36,014 nucleotides of DNA from Parcubacteria group bacterium Gr01-1014_2. GTDB taxonomy: Bacteria; Patescibacteriota; Minisyncoccia; 2-02-FULL-40-12. The position numbers and the translations under genes are program-made. The stretch covers positions 1 through 36,014 of the forward strand of contig VMGG01000002.1 in assembly GCA_007376425.1 (NCBI GenBank), read 5' to 3'. Each line of letters opens with the position of its first letter. Position 1 is the stretch's first letter. Below, one piece after another: positions 10,101 to 19,856 of the stretch. Below the pieces are notes generated by a model that made no database searches, had not been told where the DNA came from, and worked only from the letters and a program-made list of their open reading frames with translations.

Positions 10101-10713
10101 AGAAAATCAAAAAATTATTAAGATAGAAACCGCCGACACCAAAGAAATAAGAGAGTATATTTTGCCGCCTTTGACTTCAGAGATTGTTGCTGAAGGAGAG
10201 TTGGTGGTGAGAGGCCAGCAGTTGTCAGAGGGCAGCTTGGATTTAGGTGAACTTTTCCGGCTTGGCGATAAACCTGAAGTCAGCCGCTATATTATCCGGG
10301 AAATTAAGAATGTTTATTTCACTTCAGGAGAATCAATTAATGATAAACATATCGAAATGATCATTCGTCAGATGTTTTCAAGGGCCAGGATTTTAGATGG
10401 CGGAGACTCGGCTTTTATTCCCGGGGAAGTGCTTGAATTAAATAGAGTTTTAAGTGAAAACGATAAACTTAATCAAGCCGGTAAGAATTCTGTTAAGTAC
10501 GAGCAAATGCTTTCGGGGATTACCAAAGTGGCTTTGACTACAGAGAGTTTCCTTTCGGCGGCCTCATTCCAAGAAACAGCCAGAGTCTTAATTGATGCGG
10601 CCGTGAGCGGCAAAGCCGATAACTTAAGAGGGTTAAAGGAGAATGTAATTATTGGAAGATTAATTCCGGCTGGGACCGGATTTAGGAGGAGAACAGAGGG
10701 CAGGCCAGTATAA
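7135..10713 (+). CDS. rpoC: RNA polymerase beta' subunit
   Basis: Zn finger CYCGK...[31 protein letters not shown]. Confidence 0.99.
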   Translation: MDFNSIRLRLASPDEILSWSHGEVLKPETINYRTQRPEPEGLFSEKIYGPERDFECYCGKYRKIRYKGIICDRCGVEVTRSIVRRERFGHIKLASPVSHIWFLRGVPSRMAMILDVSLPNLEKVIYFSSYIITQVNEEAKTEAMKKIDQEFRSKLKESKNEEEKEKFKVLKEKERIILKEIKKYKIISELEFRELSLKYGEVFEVGIGAEAIKKIFEGIDLDNIVKELERDLSIAGNPLQIKKLTRRLRLIKGFSVSNSRPEWMFLDVIPVIPPALRPMVQLDGGRYATSDLNDLYRRVINRNNRLKHLLELKAPEVITRNEKRMLQEAVDALIDNGMRKGQALTQATVGQKRSLKSLSDILKGKQGRFRQNLLGKRVDYSGRSVIVIGPELKIDECGLPKYMALELFRPFVINRLISKGLVNNIRAAGKFIETESSEVWEALEEVIKDKLVLLNRAPTLHRLGVQAFHPRLHEGKAIRIPALPTHAFNADFDGDQMAVHLPLSEDAQAEARNLMLASRGILKPATGEPVAVPTNDIVLGCYWLTMMVDDLKGEGKIFSSKEECLNAFENEVIDLQAKIKVRMASNKSEGNKEEIIETNAGRVIFNEILPPDISFVNKTLNKNDLQKIEMEVLDKYGFSDETSRFLNDLKNTGFSYATQSGISWSVFDLKIPKEKEEIINAAQKLADENETLYEQGLLTKYERRTKAIEIWTEAKSKLSDYVKKVLPLTSPVRIMVESKARGSWSVIDQLMGMRGLFTNPAGEIIELPVKNSFKEGLTVLEYFISTHGARKGLADTALRTATAGYLTRRLVDVVQDITIQEEDCKDKEGFIIHAKDSEAISENLGKRVMGRISLEEVKDENGKAVIKKGDLISRHQAEIVDHLKLDRLRVRSLISCKSRKGVCQICYGYDLSKNQIVELGEAVGIITAQAIGEPGTQMTMRTFHTGGVAGGDDITLGLPRVEEIFEARSPSSKGLICDVEGQVKSVEHKENQKIIKIETADTKEIREYILPPLTSEIVAEGELVVRGQQLSEGSLDLGELFRLGDKPEVSRYIIREIKNVYFTSGESINDKHIEMIIRQMFSRARILDGGDSAFIPGEVLELNRVLSENDKLNQAGKNSVKYEQMLSGITKVALTTESFLSAASFQETARVLIDAAVSGKADNLRGLKENVIIGRLIPAGTGFRRRTEGRPV

Positions 10714-10747
10714 AAAAGAAAAGCTTCCCTCGGGTATATGTCTTCGG

Positions 10748-11002
10748 GCCCTTTCTTGGGCAACGCCTTTCAGGAAACGCTCGGCCTCGTACAGTTTTAT
10801 AATTCTATCATTTTCTGTTTATCAGAATATGAATAAGAATTCATATAATAACTGCGCTCGGTTGAAATGAGTAAATTTATTTACTCATTTCTCCCTCGCT
10901 TGTTATTATAAACCCCTCGCTCATCCATCGCCTCGCTACCTATCTTATCTTCTCTTAACGGCTCGGCTCCGGATGTTCCTGAGAAGGCATCGCCCAACTG
11001 GC
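10748..11002 (-). repeat. MITE-like foldback element, copy A (with ~80-bp internal insert)
   Basis: Imperfect terminal inverted repeats TTGGGCAACGCCTTTCAGGAA / TTCCTGAGAAGGCATCGCCCAA; homologous to 11780-11953 in inverted orientation. Confidence 0.8.
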
Positions 11003-11107
11003 CCTATTTAAAAATTCAGAGAGATCTATACGCCTCACGCTTTTCTTTTTTTATTTCAGTCCAAAAACCCTTGGAAAATCATGGTTTTTAGTTGAGTTTT
11101 TCTGAAT

Positions 11108-11136
11108 TTGACAGAGTGGAGATTTAGAGGTATAAT
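11108..11136 (+). promoter_or_regulatory. Consensus sigma70 promoter
   Basis: TTGACA-N17-TATAAT exact. Confidence 0.85.
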
Positions 11137-11240
11137 TGGGATATAGTCAAATTCCTGTTTGTATAGACAGGTCCTCCGTAAGGAGAAGGGCGTTAGGTTC
11201 CTGCGCCAATCAGGAATCAGTTCTTTCAAAGAGGTGCCGT

Positions 11241-11606
11241 ATGGCAACTGATCAGATTATGAATGGTCCGTCGAAGTGGGATTTGATGCTTTCTCTGTTT
11301 CATGGGAATGCCAATCGACGCGAGAGTGTAAGTTTCGTCATTGGCCATCAGTCGTCAGGACTCTACGTTCCCATCGGTGAGTGTATTGAAAAGGGCAGGG
11401 TGACAGTCCAGATCGACTCCCTGCAGAGAGAAGACGGCTCTGGCGAGACGTGGAACTTCACGGGCTACGAAATTGTCACAGAGTGGAAGACGCACTTTTC
11501 GCAGGCCTATGGTCCCGGGCCTACAACGGGCGGACCGCGTCTGGGAAGACCTGCGAAAGGTTTCTTCTCGACGCGAACCCGCACAGGAACCATCGAGTTC
11601 GATTAG
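11241..11606 (+). CDS. Hypothetical protein (121 aa; GPSKWDLMLSLF...REDGSGE)
   Basis: GAGGTG Shine-Dalgarno before ATG 11241; own promoter and terminator; the track start 11136 overlaps the -10 box. Confidence 0.75.
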   Translation: MATDQIMNGPSKWDLMLSLFHGNANRRESVSFVIGHQSSGLYVPIGECIEKGRVTVQIDSLQREDGSGETWNFTGYEIVTEWKTHFSQAYGPGPTTGGPRLGRPAKGFFSTRTRTGTIEFD

Positions 11607-11700
11607 TAACACCTTCCAGCTAACGGTCAGACACTTCGCGTGTCTGACCGTCCCACCAGAGATTTTTTGAAAAAGAAGTTTCTGGCGGGATTCTAAGAAT

Positions 11701-11733
11701 AAGGCACTGGAGAAATCCGGTGCCTTTTCTTTT
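11701..11733 (+). terminator. Intrinsic terminator
   Basis: AAGGCACTGGA-GAAA-TCCGGTGCCTT followed by T-rich tail; two further hairpins at 11623-11690. Confidence 0.75.
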
Positions 11734-11779
11734 GGGCTTCGCCGGTGCTAGGTTGCTAAGTCCTCGCTATATTCTTTTC

Positions 11780-11953
11780 GCCCGTTGGGCGATGCCTTCT
11801 CAGGAACCTCATGAGCCGAGCCGTTAAGAGAAGATGAGATTTGTAGCGAGGCGAAAGAGGAGCGAGGGTTTATTCTGATAAACAAGAGATAAGATAATTA
11901 TAAAAGTTGTATGGGGCCGAGCGTTTCCTGAAAGGCATTGCCCAAGAAAGGGC
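11780..11953 (+). repeat. MITE-like foldback element, copy B
   Basis: GCCCGTTGGGCGATGCCTTCTCAGGAAC...GTTTCCTGAAAGGCATTGCCCAAGAAAGGGC; reverse complement aligns with copy A. Confidence 0.8.
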
Positions 11954-11974
11954 GAAAATGTTAAGCTATTGGCG

Positions 11975-14194
11975 ATGGGAAGAAAGAAAAAAAAGCTCAA
12001 AAAAGATAGTGACGACGAAAAACCGAAGAAGGGTTCACGGGTAAGTTCTGAAACCCAAAACAGTGTTTTTGCAGTATCCTGCTTTGCGATATCTGTCCTT
12101 ACGGTCTTAAGTTTTTTAGGTCATGGCGGCCGGGCCGGCGATTTATTTAATAATTCTTCTCACACTTTATTCGGCTGGGGCTTTTTTATAATTCCGATTG
12201 CTTTTCTTTTGCTTGGCGTTTCTTTTCTTAGATTTTATAGCCGTGAATCGAAAACCCCCTCAACTTTAGGAGTTGGTATTTTTGTTTTAGCGATTTTGGG
12301 GATATTTTTTATTGTTGGCAATGACCAGATTTTTCAAGACCGAGTCAGTCAAAGCGGTTATCTTGGCGTTATTTTAGGTTACCCCTTGCTTAATCTTTTT
12401 GGCTTTGCCTCCTCCTTGATTATTTTACTGGCCGCGATTTTCATTTCATTCCTGGTTTCAATGGATATACCCTTGCATCGGTTGATTTTTAAGGAAAAAG
12501 AGGAGAATGAAGAAGGGGCTGGCCGAGATTTAAAAGAGGATGAATTGATAATTAGACAAGGAGGCAGTGGAGTTAAGCCGGTTTTTGAAGCGAAAGCTAT
12601 AAAAATGGAGAAAAGGAATGATCCCTCCAACGCTCGAGCTACAGAGGGCGAGGAGGATGAAGAGCCGGAATTCAATATTAAAATTACAAGCCGGAAATGG
12701 AAATTGCCGCCGCTTGATCTATTAAGGAGCGACAGCGATGTCCCCAGGGCCGGTGATGTTGCTGCTTCGGCCGCGGTAATCAGGAAAACGCTTTCAAATT
12801 TTGGAATTGATGTTGAGATGGGCGAGATAAATGTGGGGCCGACTGTAACCCAATACACTTTGCGGCCGGCTGTAGGAGTGAAGCTTTCAAAGATAACTTC
12901 TTTAAACAGCGATCTTGCTTTATCTTTGGCCAGCCATCCTATTCGGATTGAGGCGCCGATCCCGGGCAAATCCTTGGTTGGGATCGAAGTGCCAAACCGA
13001 AAAGCCGCCTTAGTCGGCTTGAAAAATCTTCTTGAGATTGACCAGTTCAAGGAAACCCCTTATTTTCTGCCTTTGGCTTTGGGCCGCGATGTGGCTGGTT
13101 ATCCTGTTTTTGGACCGCTTGAAAAAATGCCCCATCTTTTGATTGCCGGCGCCACGGGCAGCGGCAAGTCAGTGGCTATAAACTCAATTATTTTATCGTT
13201 GCTTTATAAGCATTCGCCTGACCTTTTGAAGTTCATAATGATTGACCCGAAGCGGGTTGAATTAAGTTTATATAACGGCATTCCTCATTTGATCACTCCG
13301 GTAATCGTTGAGAATAAAAAAGCGATCAATGCCCTTCGCTGGATGGTAAAAGAAATGGAAAGAAGATATGAGATGATTTCGCGTTCCCATGCCAGAGATA
13401 TTTTTTCATACAATTCAAAGCAGATTTCCAAGAAGCGGACGTTGATGCCTTTTATTGTTTTGATAATTGATGAACTCGCTGATCTCATGGCTGCTTATGG
13501 GCGAGATTTGGAAGGTTCAGTTGTCCGTCTGGCGCAGATGTCGCGGGCGGTCGGGGTTCATTTAATTGTTTCGACTCAAAGGCCTTCAGTCGAAGTTATC
13601 ACTGGTTTGATTAAAGCAAATATTACCTCGCGGGTCGCTTTTCAGGTGGCGAGCCAGGTTGATTCCAGAACCATTCTGGATATGTCCGGAGCCGAAAAAT
13701 TACTTGGTTCAGGCGATATGCTTTATCTGGCCGGCGATTCTGGCAAGCCTCGGCGGCTCCAAGGGCCTTTTGTTTCAGAAAAGGAAGTCAAGGGCGTGGT
13801 CAAATTCCTCAAGGACCAGGAATATGAAGTCGAGGAGGAAAAAATTGGCGAAACATTAGAAGAATCATTAGCCCAAAGCATTGAAGGCGGTCCGTCTCAA
13901 GCCATTGGTAGAGATTTTTTAGATGATGATGATTTATTATTTGGCGAAGCCAAAGAAACTGTTATTCAAGCTAAAAAAGCTTCCGCCTCTTTACTTCAGA
14001 GGCGATTACGGGTTGGCTATGCCCGGGCGGCTCGTCTTTTAGATATCCTTGAGGAAAAAGGAGTGATTGGTCCTCCTGATGGAGCCAAGCCGAGAGAAGT
14101 ACTGGTTAAAAGTGAAACTAACGAACCAATTATTGACGCTACTGTTGACGAAAAAGTTGACGTGAATGATGAAAACAGCGATACTTTAATATAA
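11975..14194 (+). CDS. ftsK: DNA translocase FtsK/SpoIIIE
   Basis: N-terminal TMs, PHLLIAGATGSGKS, IIDELADLM, gamma domain SLLQRRLRVGYARAAR; start ATG 11975 or TTG 11969. Confidence 0.96.
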   Translation: MGRKKKKLKKDSDDEKPKKGSRVSSETQNSVFAVSCFAISVLTVLSFLGHGGRAGDLFNNSSHTLFGWGFFIIPIAFLLLGVSFLRFYSRESKTPSTLGVGIFVLAILGIFFIVGNDQIFQDRVSQSGYLGVILGYPLLNLFGFASSLIILLAAIFISFLVSMDIPLHRLIFKEKEENEEGAGRDLKEDELIIRQGGSGVKPVFEAKAIKMEKRNDPSNARATEGEEDEEPEFNIKITSRKWKLPPLDLLRSDSDVPRAGDVAASAAVIRKTLSNFGIDVEMGEINVGPTVTQYTLRPAVGVKLSKITSLNSDLALSLASHPIRIEAPIPGKSLVGIEVPNRKAALVGLKNLLEIDQFKETPYFLPLALGRDVAGYPVFGPLEKMPHLLIAGATGSGKSVAINSIILSLLYKHSPDLLKFIMIDPKRVELSLYNGIPHLITPVIVENKKAINALRWMVKEMERRYEMISRSHARDIFSYNSKQISKKRTLMPFIVLIIDELADLMAAYGRDLEGSVVRLAQMSRAVGVHLIVSTQRPSVEVITGLIKANITSRVAFQVASQVDSRTILDMSGAEKLLGSGDMLYLAGDSGKPRRLQGPFVSEKEVKGVVKFLKDQEYEVEEEKIGETLEESLAQSIEGGPSQAIGRDFLDDDDLLFGEAKETVIQAKKASASLLQRRLRVGYARAARLLDILEEKGVIGPPDGAKPREVLVKSETNEPIIDATVDEKVDVNDENSDTLI

Positions 14195-14200
14195 TTTCTT

Positions 14201-14272
14201 AATTCGTATAATTAGTATCCATTAGTATATTAGTATCGATACCAATATACGAATTATACTAATAATACTAAT
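14201..14272. repeat. Inverted arrays of 8-10-mer repeats between ftsK and recA
   Basis: 4x ATT(A/C)GTAT then 4x ATAC(T/G/C)AAT, ending at recA GTG. Confidence 0.8.
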
Positions 14273-15292
14273 GTGATTGTTAAAAAAACCGATTCAAAAA
14301 CTTCAGACCGGGCAAAGCTAGTTGAAACCGCGGTAAAAGAGATTAGAGATAAATACGGCGAAGGGGCGATAATGAAGCTCGGTGAGGCGAGGCGGGTTGA
14401 TGTTGACGTTATTCCGACCGGTTCCATTTCTTTGGATATTGCTCTCGGGGTAATGGGCATGCCTCGGGGAAGAGTTATTGAAATCTACGGACCTGAAAGT
14501 TCTGGAAAGACGACCTTGGCTTTGCATGTTGTGGCTGAAGCCCAGAAGCGGGGAGGGCAAGCAGCTTTTGTTGATGCCGAGCACGCCTTAGATCCGGAGT
14601 ACGCTAAAAAAATCGGAGTCCGAATTGATGACTTATTGATTTCCCAGCCAGATCATGGCGAACAGGCTCTTGAAATAGTAGAGACTTTGATTAAGTCAGG
14701 GACAATGGATGTGATTGTGGTTGATTCAGTGGCGGCCTTGACTCCCAAAGCTGAAATTGAAGGGGATATGGGTCAGCAGCACATTGGGTTGCAAGCTAGG
14801 CTCATGTCTCATGCTCTTCGCAAGCTTACCGCCATAGTCGCTAAATCAAGGACCGTCTTGATTTTTATAAACCAGATTCGTCATCAGATCGGGGTGATGT
14901 TTGGAAACCCCGAAGTTACGCCGGGCGGCAAGGCTCTTAAGTTTTATTCTTCAATAAGAATAGATGTCCGCCGGATTGCCCAAGTCCAGTCAGGAGAAAA
15001 AATTATTGGCGGCCGGCACCGGGCCAAAGTGGTTAAAAACAAAGTTGCCCCGCCCTTCAGGCAGGCTGAATTTGATATTTTGTATAACGAGGGCATTTCC
15101 CGTCTTTCTGATTTGGTTAATTCAGGAGTTAAATACGGAATTTTGGCTCGTTCAGGCGCTTGGTATAATTTTGATAAAATAAAACTTGGGCAAGGTTTGG
15201 AAAGCGCCCGGAGCTTTTTGAAAGACAACGAAAAAATGGCTCAAGAGATTGCAAAAAAAGTGAGAGATTCGGCGTTTAAGGAAGAAGGCTAA
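14273..15292 (+). CDS. recA: Recombinase A
   Basis: [35 protein letters not shown]. Confidence 0.99.
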   Translation: MIVKKTDSKTSDRAKLVETAVKEIRDKYGEGAIMKLGEARRVDVDVIPTGSISLDIALGVMGMPRGRVIEIYGPESSGKTTLALHVVAEAQKRGGQAAFVDAEHALDPEYAKKIGVRIDDLLISQPDHGEQALEIVETLIKSGTMDVIVVDSVAALTPKAEIEGDMGQQHIGLQARLMSHALRKLTAIVAKSRTVLIFINQIRHQIGVMFGNPEVTPGGKALKFYSSIRIDVRRIAQVQSGEKIIGGRHRAKVVKNKVAPPFRQAEFDILYNEGISRLSDLVNSGVKYGILARSGAWYNFDKIKLGQGLESARSFLKDNEKMAQEIAKKVRDSAFKEEG

Positions 15293-15293
15293 G

Positions 15294-15512
15294 TTAGACT
15301 CCATATTTTCTTTCTTGCTTAGGAGCAGTCGGGAGCAAGGCAAGCTGACGTGCTATTTTTATGGCTTGAGAAATTCGGCGCTGGTGCTTTTTACAGAGAT
15401 TATTATGCCGGCCCTTTTTTATTTCCAACTCTTGATTTAAAAACTGTCTCAATTCTTTTGGATTTTTATAGTCAAACTTATAAGTATTTTTTTGGCAGAC
15501 TAGGCAAGGCAT
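15294..15512 (-). CDS. rpsR: 30S ribosomal protein S18 (Zn-binding type)
   Basis: CLVC...DYKN...CKKHQRRISQAIKIARQLALLP; rpsF-ssb-rpsR synteny. Confidence 0.92.
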   Translation of the reverse strand: MPCLVCQKNTYKFDYKNPKELRQFLNQELEIKKGRHNNLCKKHQRRISQAIKIARQLALLPTAPKQERKYGV

Positions 15513-15513
15513 A

Positions 15514-16083
15514 TCAAAATGGAACATCCTTCAACTGAACTTCATCTTCTTCGACTTCAGAGTCAGACGGCGGCTCGTTTTCATTGACTATTGGTATTTC
15601 TTCCTTGCCCGCCGTAGGGCTTCGACTGAGCTCAGCCGAACGTCCTTCAGCAGAGGCGGGTTTAATCATTTTTGCTCCTTGGTCCTGCATTCCTTCCCGC
15701 CCTTGGCGCACCGTAGCTTCGCCACGAGGCGAGAGCTCGCCTTCAGCGGCTCTCCTCGGCTTTGGTCCAAGCTGTAAGCTTTCAGCTACTATTTCTGTTT
15801 TATATCTTTTCACCCCATCCTGGCCTTCCCAATTCCGAGTCTGCAAACGGCCCTCAATCATTAACATCGAACCTTTATTCAGGTATTGGTTGGCAATTTG
15901 GGCCAAACGGCCCCAGACCACGACATTATGGAATTCCGAAGATTCTTTTCTTTGGCCGGATTGGTCATTCCAGATTCTATTGGTGACCATTCTTAGGCTG
16001 GCTACTTCTTGGCCCGAAGGAGTTGTCCTGAATTCCGGATCGCTGGCTAATCTCCCGATTAAATAAACTTTATTTAAATTCAT
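15514..16083 (-). CDS. ssb: Single-stranded DNA-binding protein
   Basis: NKVYLIGRL, EGRLQTRNW, acidic tail DVPF. Confidence 0.97.
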   Translation of the reverse strand: MNLNKVYLIGRLASDPEFRTTPSGQEVASLRMVTNRIWNDQSGQRKESSEFHNVVVWGRLAQIANQYLNKGSMLMIEGRLQTRNWEGQDGVKRYKTEIVAESLQLGPKPRRAAEGELSPRGEATVRQGREGMQDQGAKMIKPASAEGRSAELSRSPTAGKEEIPIVNENEPPSDSEVEEDEVQLKDVPF

Positions 16084-16113
16084 TAGTATTATTCGGATGG
16101 GCGCATTCGCATT

Positions 16114-16161
16114 GTCCCGACTTTGTCGAGGATCCTCGATTCCGCAAAGCTGAATCGGGAC
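16114..16161. repeat. Compound palindromic (REP-like) element between rpsF and ssb
   Basis: GTCCCGA...TCGAGGATCCTCGA...TCGGGAC; 16126-16161 matches 29651-29686 at 35/36 nt. Confidence 0.8.
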
Positions 16162-16196
16162 CGAAGGACGCAGTCCGAAGGCGCGCTATTCGCATG

Positions 16197-16634
16197 CTAT
16201 AGTTTTTCCAAAATTTCTTCTATTTTTTTATCTAACTCTTCAGTTTCTTTTTTGGTAATTTCCGGCGAGGGGGCTTCTTTCAACGGTTTGGCTGTTTTAA
16301 TTTTTGCCGGTTTTGCGGGTTTGATTTTTTCCTCTTCTTTTTTAATCACCACGAACCTTAATATATTTTCATTAAGCACGAGGTTTTTATTTATTTTTTC
16401 AACTATGTCTCGGGGAGCGAAAAATTCAAGGTAGCCGAAGTTGGAAAACTGCTCCCGTTTAATCGGGTAAGCCAGCCTGATTTTTTTAATTTCTCCGTAG
16501 CGGCCGACAATGCCGCCCGATTTTGAAATTAATTCTTCGATTTCCCGCCTTTTTTCATCAACTTGGGCCTCGGTAAAAGAAGGGAGAAAATGAAAAGCCA
16601 ATTCATATTGCTGTCGCTGGGCCAGTTCTTCCAT
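16197..16634 (-). CDS. rpsF: 30S ribosomal protein S6
   Basis: YELAF, RLAYPIK, ILRFVVIK; ATG 16634 preferred. Confidence 0.92.
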   Translation of the reverse strand: MEELAQRQQYELAFHFLPSFTEAQVDEKRREIEELISKSGGIVGRYGEIKKIRLAYPIKREQFSNFGYLEFFAPRDIVEKINKNLVLNENILRFVVIKKEEEKIKPAKPAKIKTAKPLKEAPSPEITKKETEELDKKIEEILEKL

Positions 16635-16677
16635 GTCCCGTAATTTATCATAACGGATTTGTTGGGTCAACCTTGCT

Positions 16678-17706
16678 TTAAATTTTTACTTCCACCACGT
16701 CGCCATCTTGGATAATATAATCTTTACCGACTGTTTTAAGTAGGCCTTTTGATTTTGCGGCAGTCCAACTGCCGACATTAAGCAAAGTTTTCCAGTTTAT
16801 CACTTCTGCCCGGATAAATAATTTTTCAAAATCAGTATGGATTGCTCTTACTGCTTTTGGGATAAGGTCATCTTTTTTGGCAGTCCAAGCGCGGGTCTCG
16901 TCTTCGCCAGTGGTCAGAAAGGTGATAAGGTCAAGGGTTTTATAAGCGGTCTTGATGAGCGAATCCAGACCACTTTCTTTGATGTTAAATTCTTTCATGT
17001 ATTCGTTCTTTTCTTCCGGATCCGCTTCTGACAATGCCAGTTCAAGTGGAGTTGATAGAATTACGTAGTCTTTCCCGTTCATTGCCTTTAATAATTCTCC
17101 ATCAGGCTTGCCCTCCGAAGTTTTAACGAAGGAGGGTTGCCAGCCATCAATTAATTGTTTTTCAGAAACATTGAGAATGAAGATAACTTTTTTATCAATT
17201 AAAAGTTGAAGTGGCGGAAGATCGCTTTTTCCCCCCGACGCTTTCGGTCGGGGTCCCGACTTTTCTAAACGTCGGGACTTAGTCTGTAGATCAGCTAATT
17301 CAAGCTCGGTCTCAATTACTCCTATGTCATTACTTGGGTCTATTTTATTATGAACATGGGTTATTTTTTCGTCCGGAAAAACTCTGACCACATGAGCAAT
17401 GGCATCAGCCTCTCTTATATTAGCTAAAAATTGGTTGCCTAAACCTTCGCCTTGGGCCGCGCCCTTCACAAGTCCGGCGATATCAATGAATTCAATGGTT
17501 GTGTATATTTTTTTGGCTGATTTAGAAATTTCCGCAAGAGCGTCAACCCTTTCATCCGGCACGGCAACAACACCCACGTTTGGTTCAATAGTAGTGAATG
17601 GATAGTTTTGAATATCAACCTGTTTTTTGGTAATGGCCTTGAAAAGGGTTGATTTTCCGACATTAGGCAGTCCGACGATTCCGACTGATAGTTTTGAATA
17701 TGACAT
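16678..17706 (-). CDS. ychF: Obg-family ATPase YchF
   Basis: GIVGLPNVGKSTLF, NYPFTTIEPN, DIAGLVKGA, TGS domain. Confidence 0.97.
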   Translation of the reverse strand: MSYSKLSVGIVGLPNVGKSTLFKAITKKQVDIQNYPFTTIEPNVGVVAVPDERVDALAEISKSAKKIYTTIEFIDIAGLVKGAAQGEGLGNQFLANIREADAIAHVVRVFPDEKITHVHNKIDPSNDIGVIETELELADLQTKSRRLEKSGPRPKASGGKSDLPPLQLLIDKKVIFILNVSEKQLIDGWQPSFVKTSEGKPDGELLKAMNGKDYVILSTPLELALSEADPEEKNEYMKEFNIKESGLDSLIKTAYKTLDLITFLTTGEDETRAWTAKKDDLIPKAVRAIHTDFEKLFIRAEVINWKTLLNVGSWTAAKSKGLLKTVGKDYIIQDGDVVEVKI

Positions 17707-17894
17707 TGTAAGAATCTATCAATTTATTGTCTTTTTCTCAAGTTTAATATAGCCGTTTTCTGCTTTACGAATGAGAAAAATTAGAAATGATACGATTTTC
17801 TATAGATTTAACCATTTTTTAGATAGTTTATAGTGTTTATGCATAGATTTTGGTGTATATTGCATAGATTTTAGAGATATGATAGGATACAAAA

Positions 17895-18614
17895 ATGGAA
17901 GAAAAATTACTCAAAATTAGTGAAGCCGCCGAGATTTTAGGCGTTTCCATAGATACGCTTCGTCGCTGGGATGAAAGCGGAAAGTTACCAGCGATTAAAA
18001 AGGAGGGCGGTACGCATCGTTATTACCGGGAAAAAGATGTAGAGATTTTTGCAAGCGATCTTTTAAAGTTTGCTTCTGATTGGATTCATCAAGGAGCCGA
18101 ATTCCCCGGCGCTTTTTACTGTTCCACGAGTGCCGTGTTTCAGGCAAGATTAGTAAAAATGGAACGCCTGCTTATGGAAAAACCGGGTTTTGAAAAATTA
18201 TACTCTTTGATTGTTTTGGTGGCCGGAGAAATAGGGGACAATTCATTTGCTCACAACTTGGGGAAATGGCCGGATACTCCGGGAATCTTCTTTGGCTACG
18301 ACGTTAAAAAAGGTATTGTTGTACTTGCTGATCGGGGATTGGGCATTTTAGAAACACTGCGCCGCGTTCGTCCGGATTTATCGACGCATGTAAAGGCGGT
18401 AGAAGTTGCTTTCACTGAATTTATCTCCGGGCGGGCGCCGGAAAAGCGCGGCAATGGTCTTAAGTTGGTTCGAGAAGTGGTTCTTGCCCAGCCGATTGAC
18501 CTGTTTTTTACTAGCGGTGACGCGGAAGTACATATGAAGGGGGATGATAAATCTTTTCGGGTTACTCGCGGTCCAAACATAGTACGCGGTTGTATGGCAA
18601 AAATTGAATTTTAA
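17895..18614 (+). CDS. MerR/Xis-like HTH fused to GHKL (HATPase-like) domain
   Basis: ISEAAEILGVSIDTLRRWD...HRYY; EIGDNSFAH (N box), DRGLGI (G1), RGNGL (G2). Confidence 0.85.
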   Translation: MEEKLLKISEAAEILGVSIDTLRRWDESGKLPAIKKEGGTHRYYREKDVEIFASDLLKFASDWIHQGAEFPGAFYCSTSAVFQARLVKMERLLMEKPGFEKLYSLIVLVAGEIGDNSFAHNLGKWPDTPGIFFGYDVKKGIVVLADRGLGILETLRRVRPDLSTHVKAVEVAFTEFISGRAPEKRGNGLKLVREVVLAQPIDLFFTSGDAEVHMKGDDKSFRVTRGPNIVRGCMAKIEF

Positions 18615-18633
18615 TGTATTCTAAATAAAACAT

Positions 18634-18924
18634 ATGAAAATAAAATTAGAAAAATTCGGCACAACCCTAATATCCCGTGAATTAGGCAGCGAGGCGTTCA
18701 AGGCGTTTCAGCCCACATTATTTGAACTGCCGCCAAATGAAGAATTGGAAATTGATTTTTCGGGTGTATTAACACTGTCATCTTCATGGGCGGATGAATT
18801 TTTAAGCCCTCTCCTTGAACGGTTAGGCGAGCGGTTAGTATTATTGTCCAGCGATAATCTTTCGGTGCAAGCGACCCTAAAGATTCTACAAGAGGCGAAT
18901 AAGAGGCCTTTCAAATTTAGATGA
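18634..18924 (+). CDS. STAS-like protein (DUF4325 type)
   Basis: LISRELG, IDFSGVLTLSSSWADEFL; follows an HATPase gene. Confidence 0.85.
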   Translation: MKIKLEKFGTTLISRELGSEAFKAFQPTLFELPPNEELEIDFSGVLTLSSSWADEFLSPLLERLGERLVLLSSDNLSVQATLKILQEANKRPFKFR

Positions 18925-19124
18925 AAAATGACACAAAAACTAAAATCAAAAAAGAAGTTTACTGGCGGTGCAAAAAATGCGGGGATGAGATTTACTGGAA
19001 TACTCACAAGAAAATGATTATGTGCAAATGCGGAGCCCTCGGAGTCGACGGGTGCGAATTTTATGTGCGGCTTATCGGCAACGAAGCCGATCGGGAAGAA
19101 ATTAAGAAAGAAAGAGAAACATGA
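18921..19124 (+). CDS. Small Zn-ribbon protein
   Basis: CKKCGD...CKCGALGVDG; ATGA overlap with the STAS gene. Confidence 0.7.
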   Translation: MKNDTKTKIKKEVYWRCKKCGDEIYWNTHKKMIMCKCGALGVDGCEFYVRLIGNEADREEIKKERET

Positions 19125-19304
19125 AAATAAAAGATTTATTTGCCCTGAGCCATGTCGAAGGGCCAAAAATAAAATCAATACGCCACCCGCTTGGCGTATT
19201 GCGTAGAAATGGGGTTTAATAGAGGGTATGCAGAGGCGTCTGGAAAATCGGCGTAAAATAGAATATAAGGAGTTTTATTGTGTAAAATCTGATATAGTGT
19301 AATC

Positions 19305-19563
19305 GGAGTAGTGAGAGTTGGTGTTTTTCGGTCTTCGGACTGAAAACAAGGTTGTGCAATAAGTCCGCCATCCGCCTTTGTGCGGTGGATTTGCCCGAAT
19401 AGGGCAGAAGGTGCGGTGAAAAGTAACAGCGGCTTAGCCTACTCCGCCGAAGCAGCTTCGGCTGCGAAGGCCAGGCGGGTGCACCAAGAGTTCAGCCGAG
19501 CATAATTGGAGCAAAATTGAGGGCTGAAAAGCGAAAAAGGATTTTCCTCTCGCTTGCTACTCC
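19305..19563 (+). ncRNA. Candidate ~260-nt structured ncRNA, family not recognised
   Basis: Extended -10 TGATATAGT 19290-19298; 11-bp closing stem GGAGTAGTGAG/CTTGCTACTCC; cUUCGg hairpin; several nested stems; terminator follows. Confidence 0.65.
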
Positions 19564-19570
19564 CGCAAAG

Positions 19571-19593
19571 AACTCCCAACACGGGAGTTTTTT
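19571..19593 (+). terminator. Intrinsic terminator
   Basis: AACTCCC-AACAC-GGGAGTT followed by TTTT. Confidence 0.75.
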
Positions 19594-19856
19594 GTTTCCA
19601 AACAATAATGAGTAGTGCGGTGGAGTAAAGTTAGTCCAGGGTCATTCTGGGGGTATGGCTCGTACTATCCTCCCTTGGCCATTACGGCTCACGATAATGC
19701 GCTCATAGCGAGGCTTCGGCAGTTTTATCGTAAAATGAAGGGGGACTTGTCCTGAGGAATTCGAAGGTATTAGTGTAGTTGCGTTCTGACCATCCCGACT
19801 GATAGAGGCATAATAGTATGTTATGGTATATTAAAAATACCCAGTAGATAAATTAT

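Noticed and set aside
5355-13488. Antisense ORFs within rpoB, rpoC and ftsK (and similar ones over recA, ssb, rnj, groEL)
   Set aside because: Shadow frames of conserved genes
19305-19445. Minimal RNase P RNA
   Set aside because: P4-like helix present but no GAGGAAAG or ACAnAA context, and the alternative closing strand belongs to a repeat insert; kept only as an unknown ncRNA
19600-19850. Decayed gene or second RNA downstream of the terminator
   Set aside because: No long ORF in the track, nothing recognisable in the frames I read, and no convincing stems
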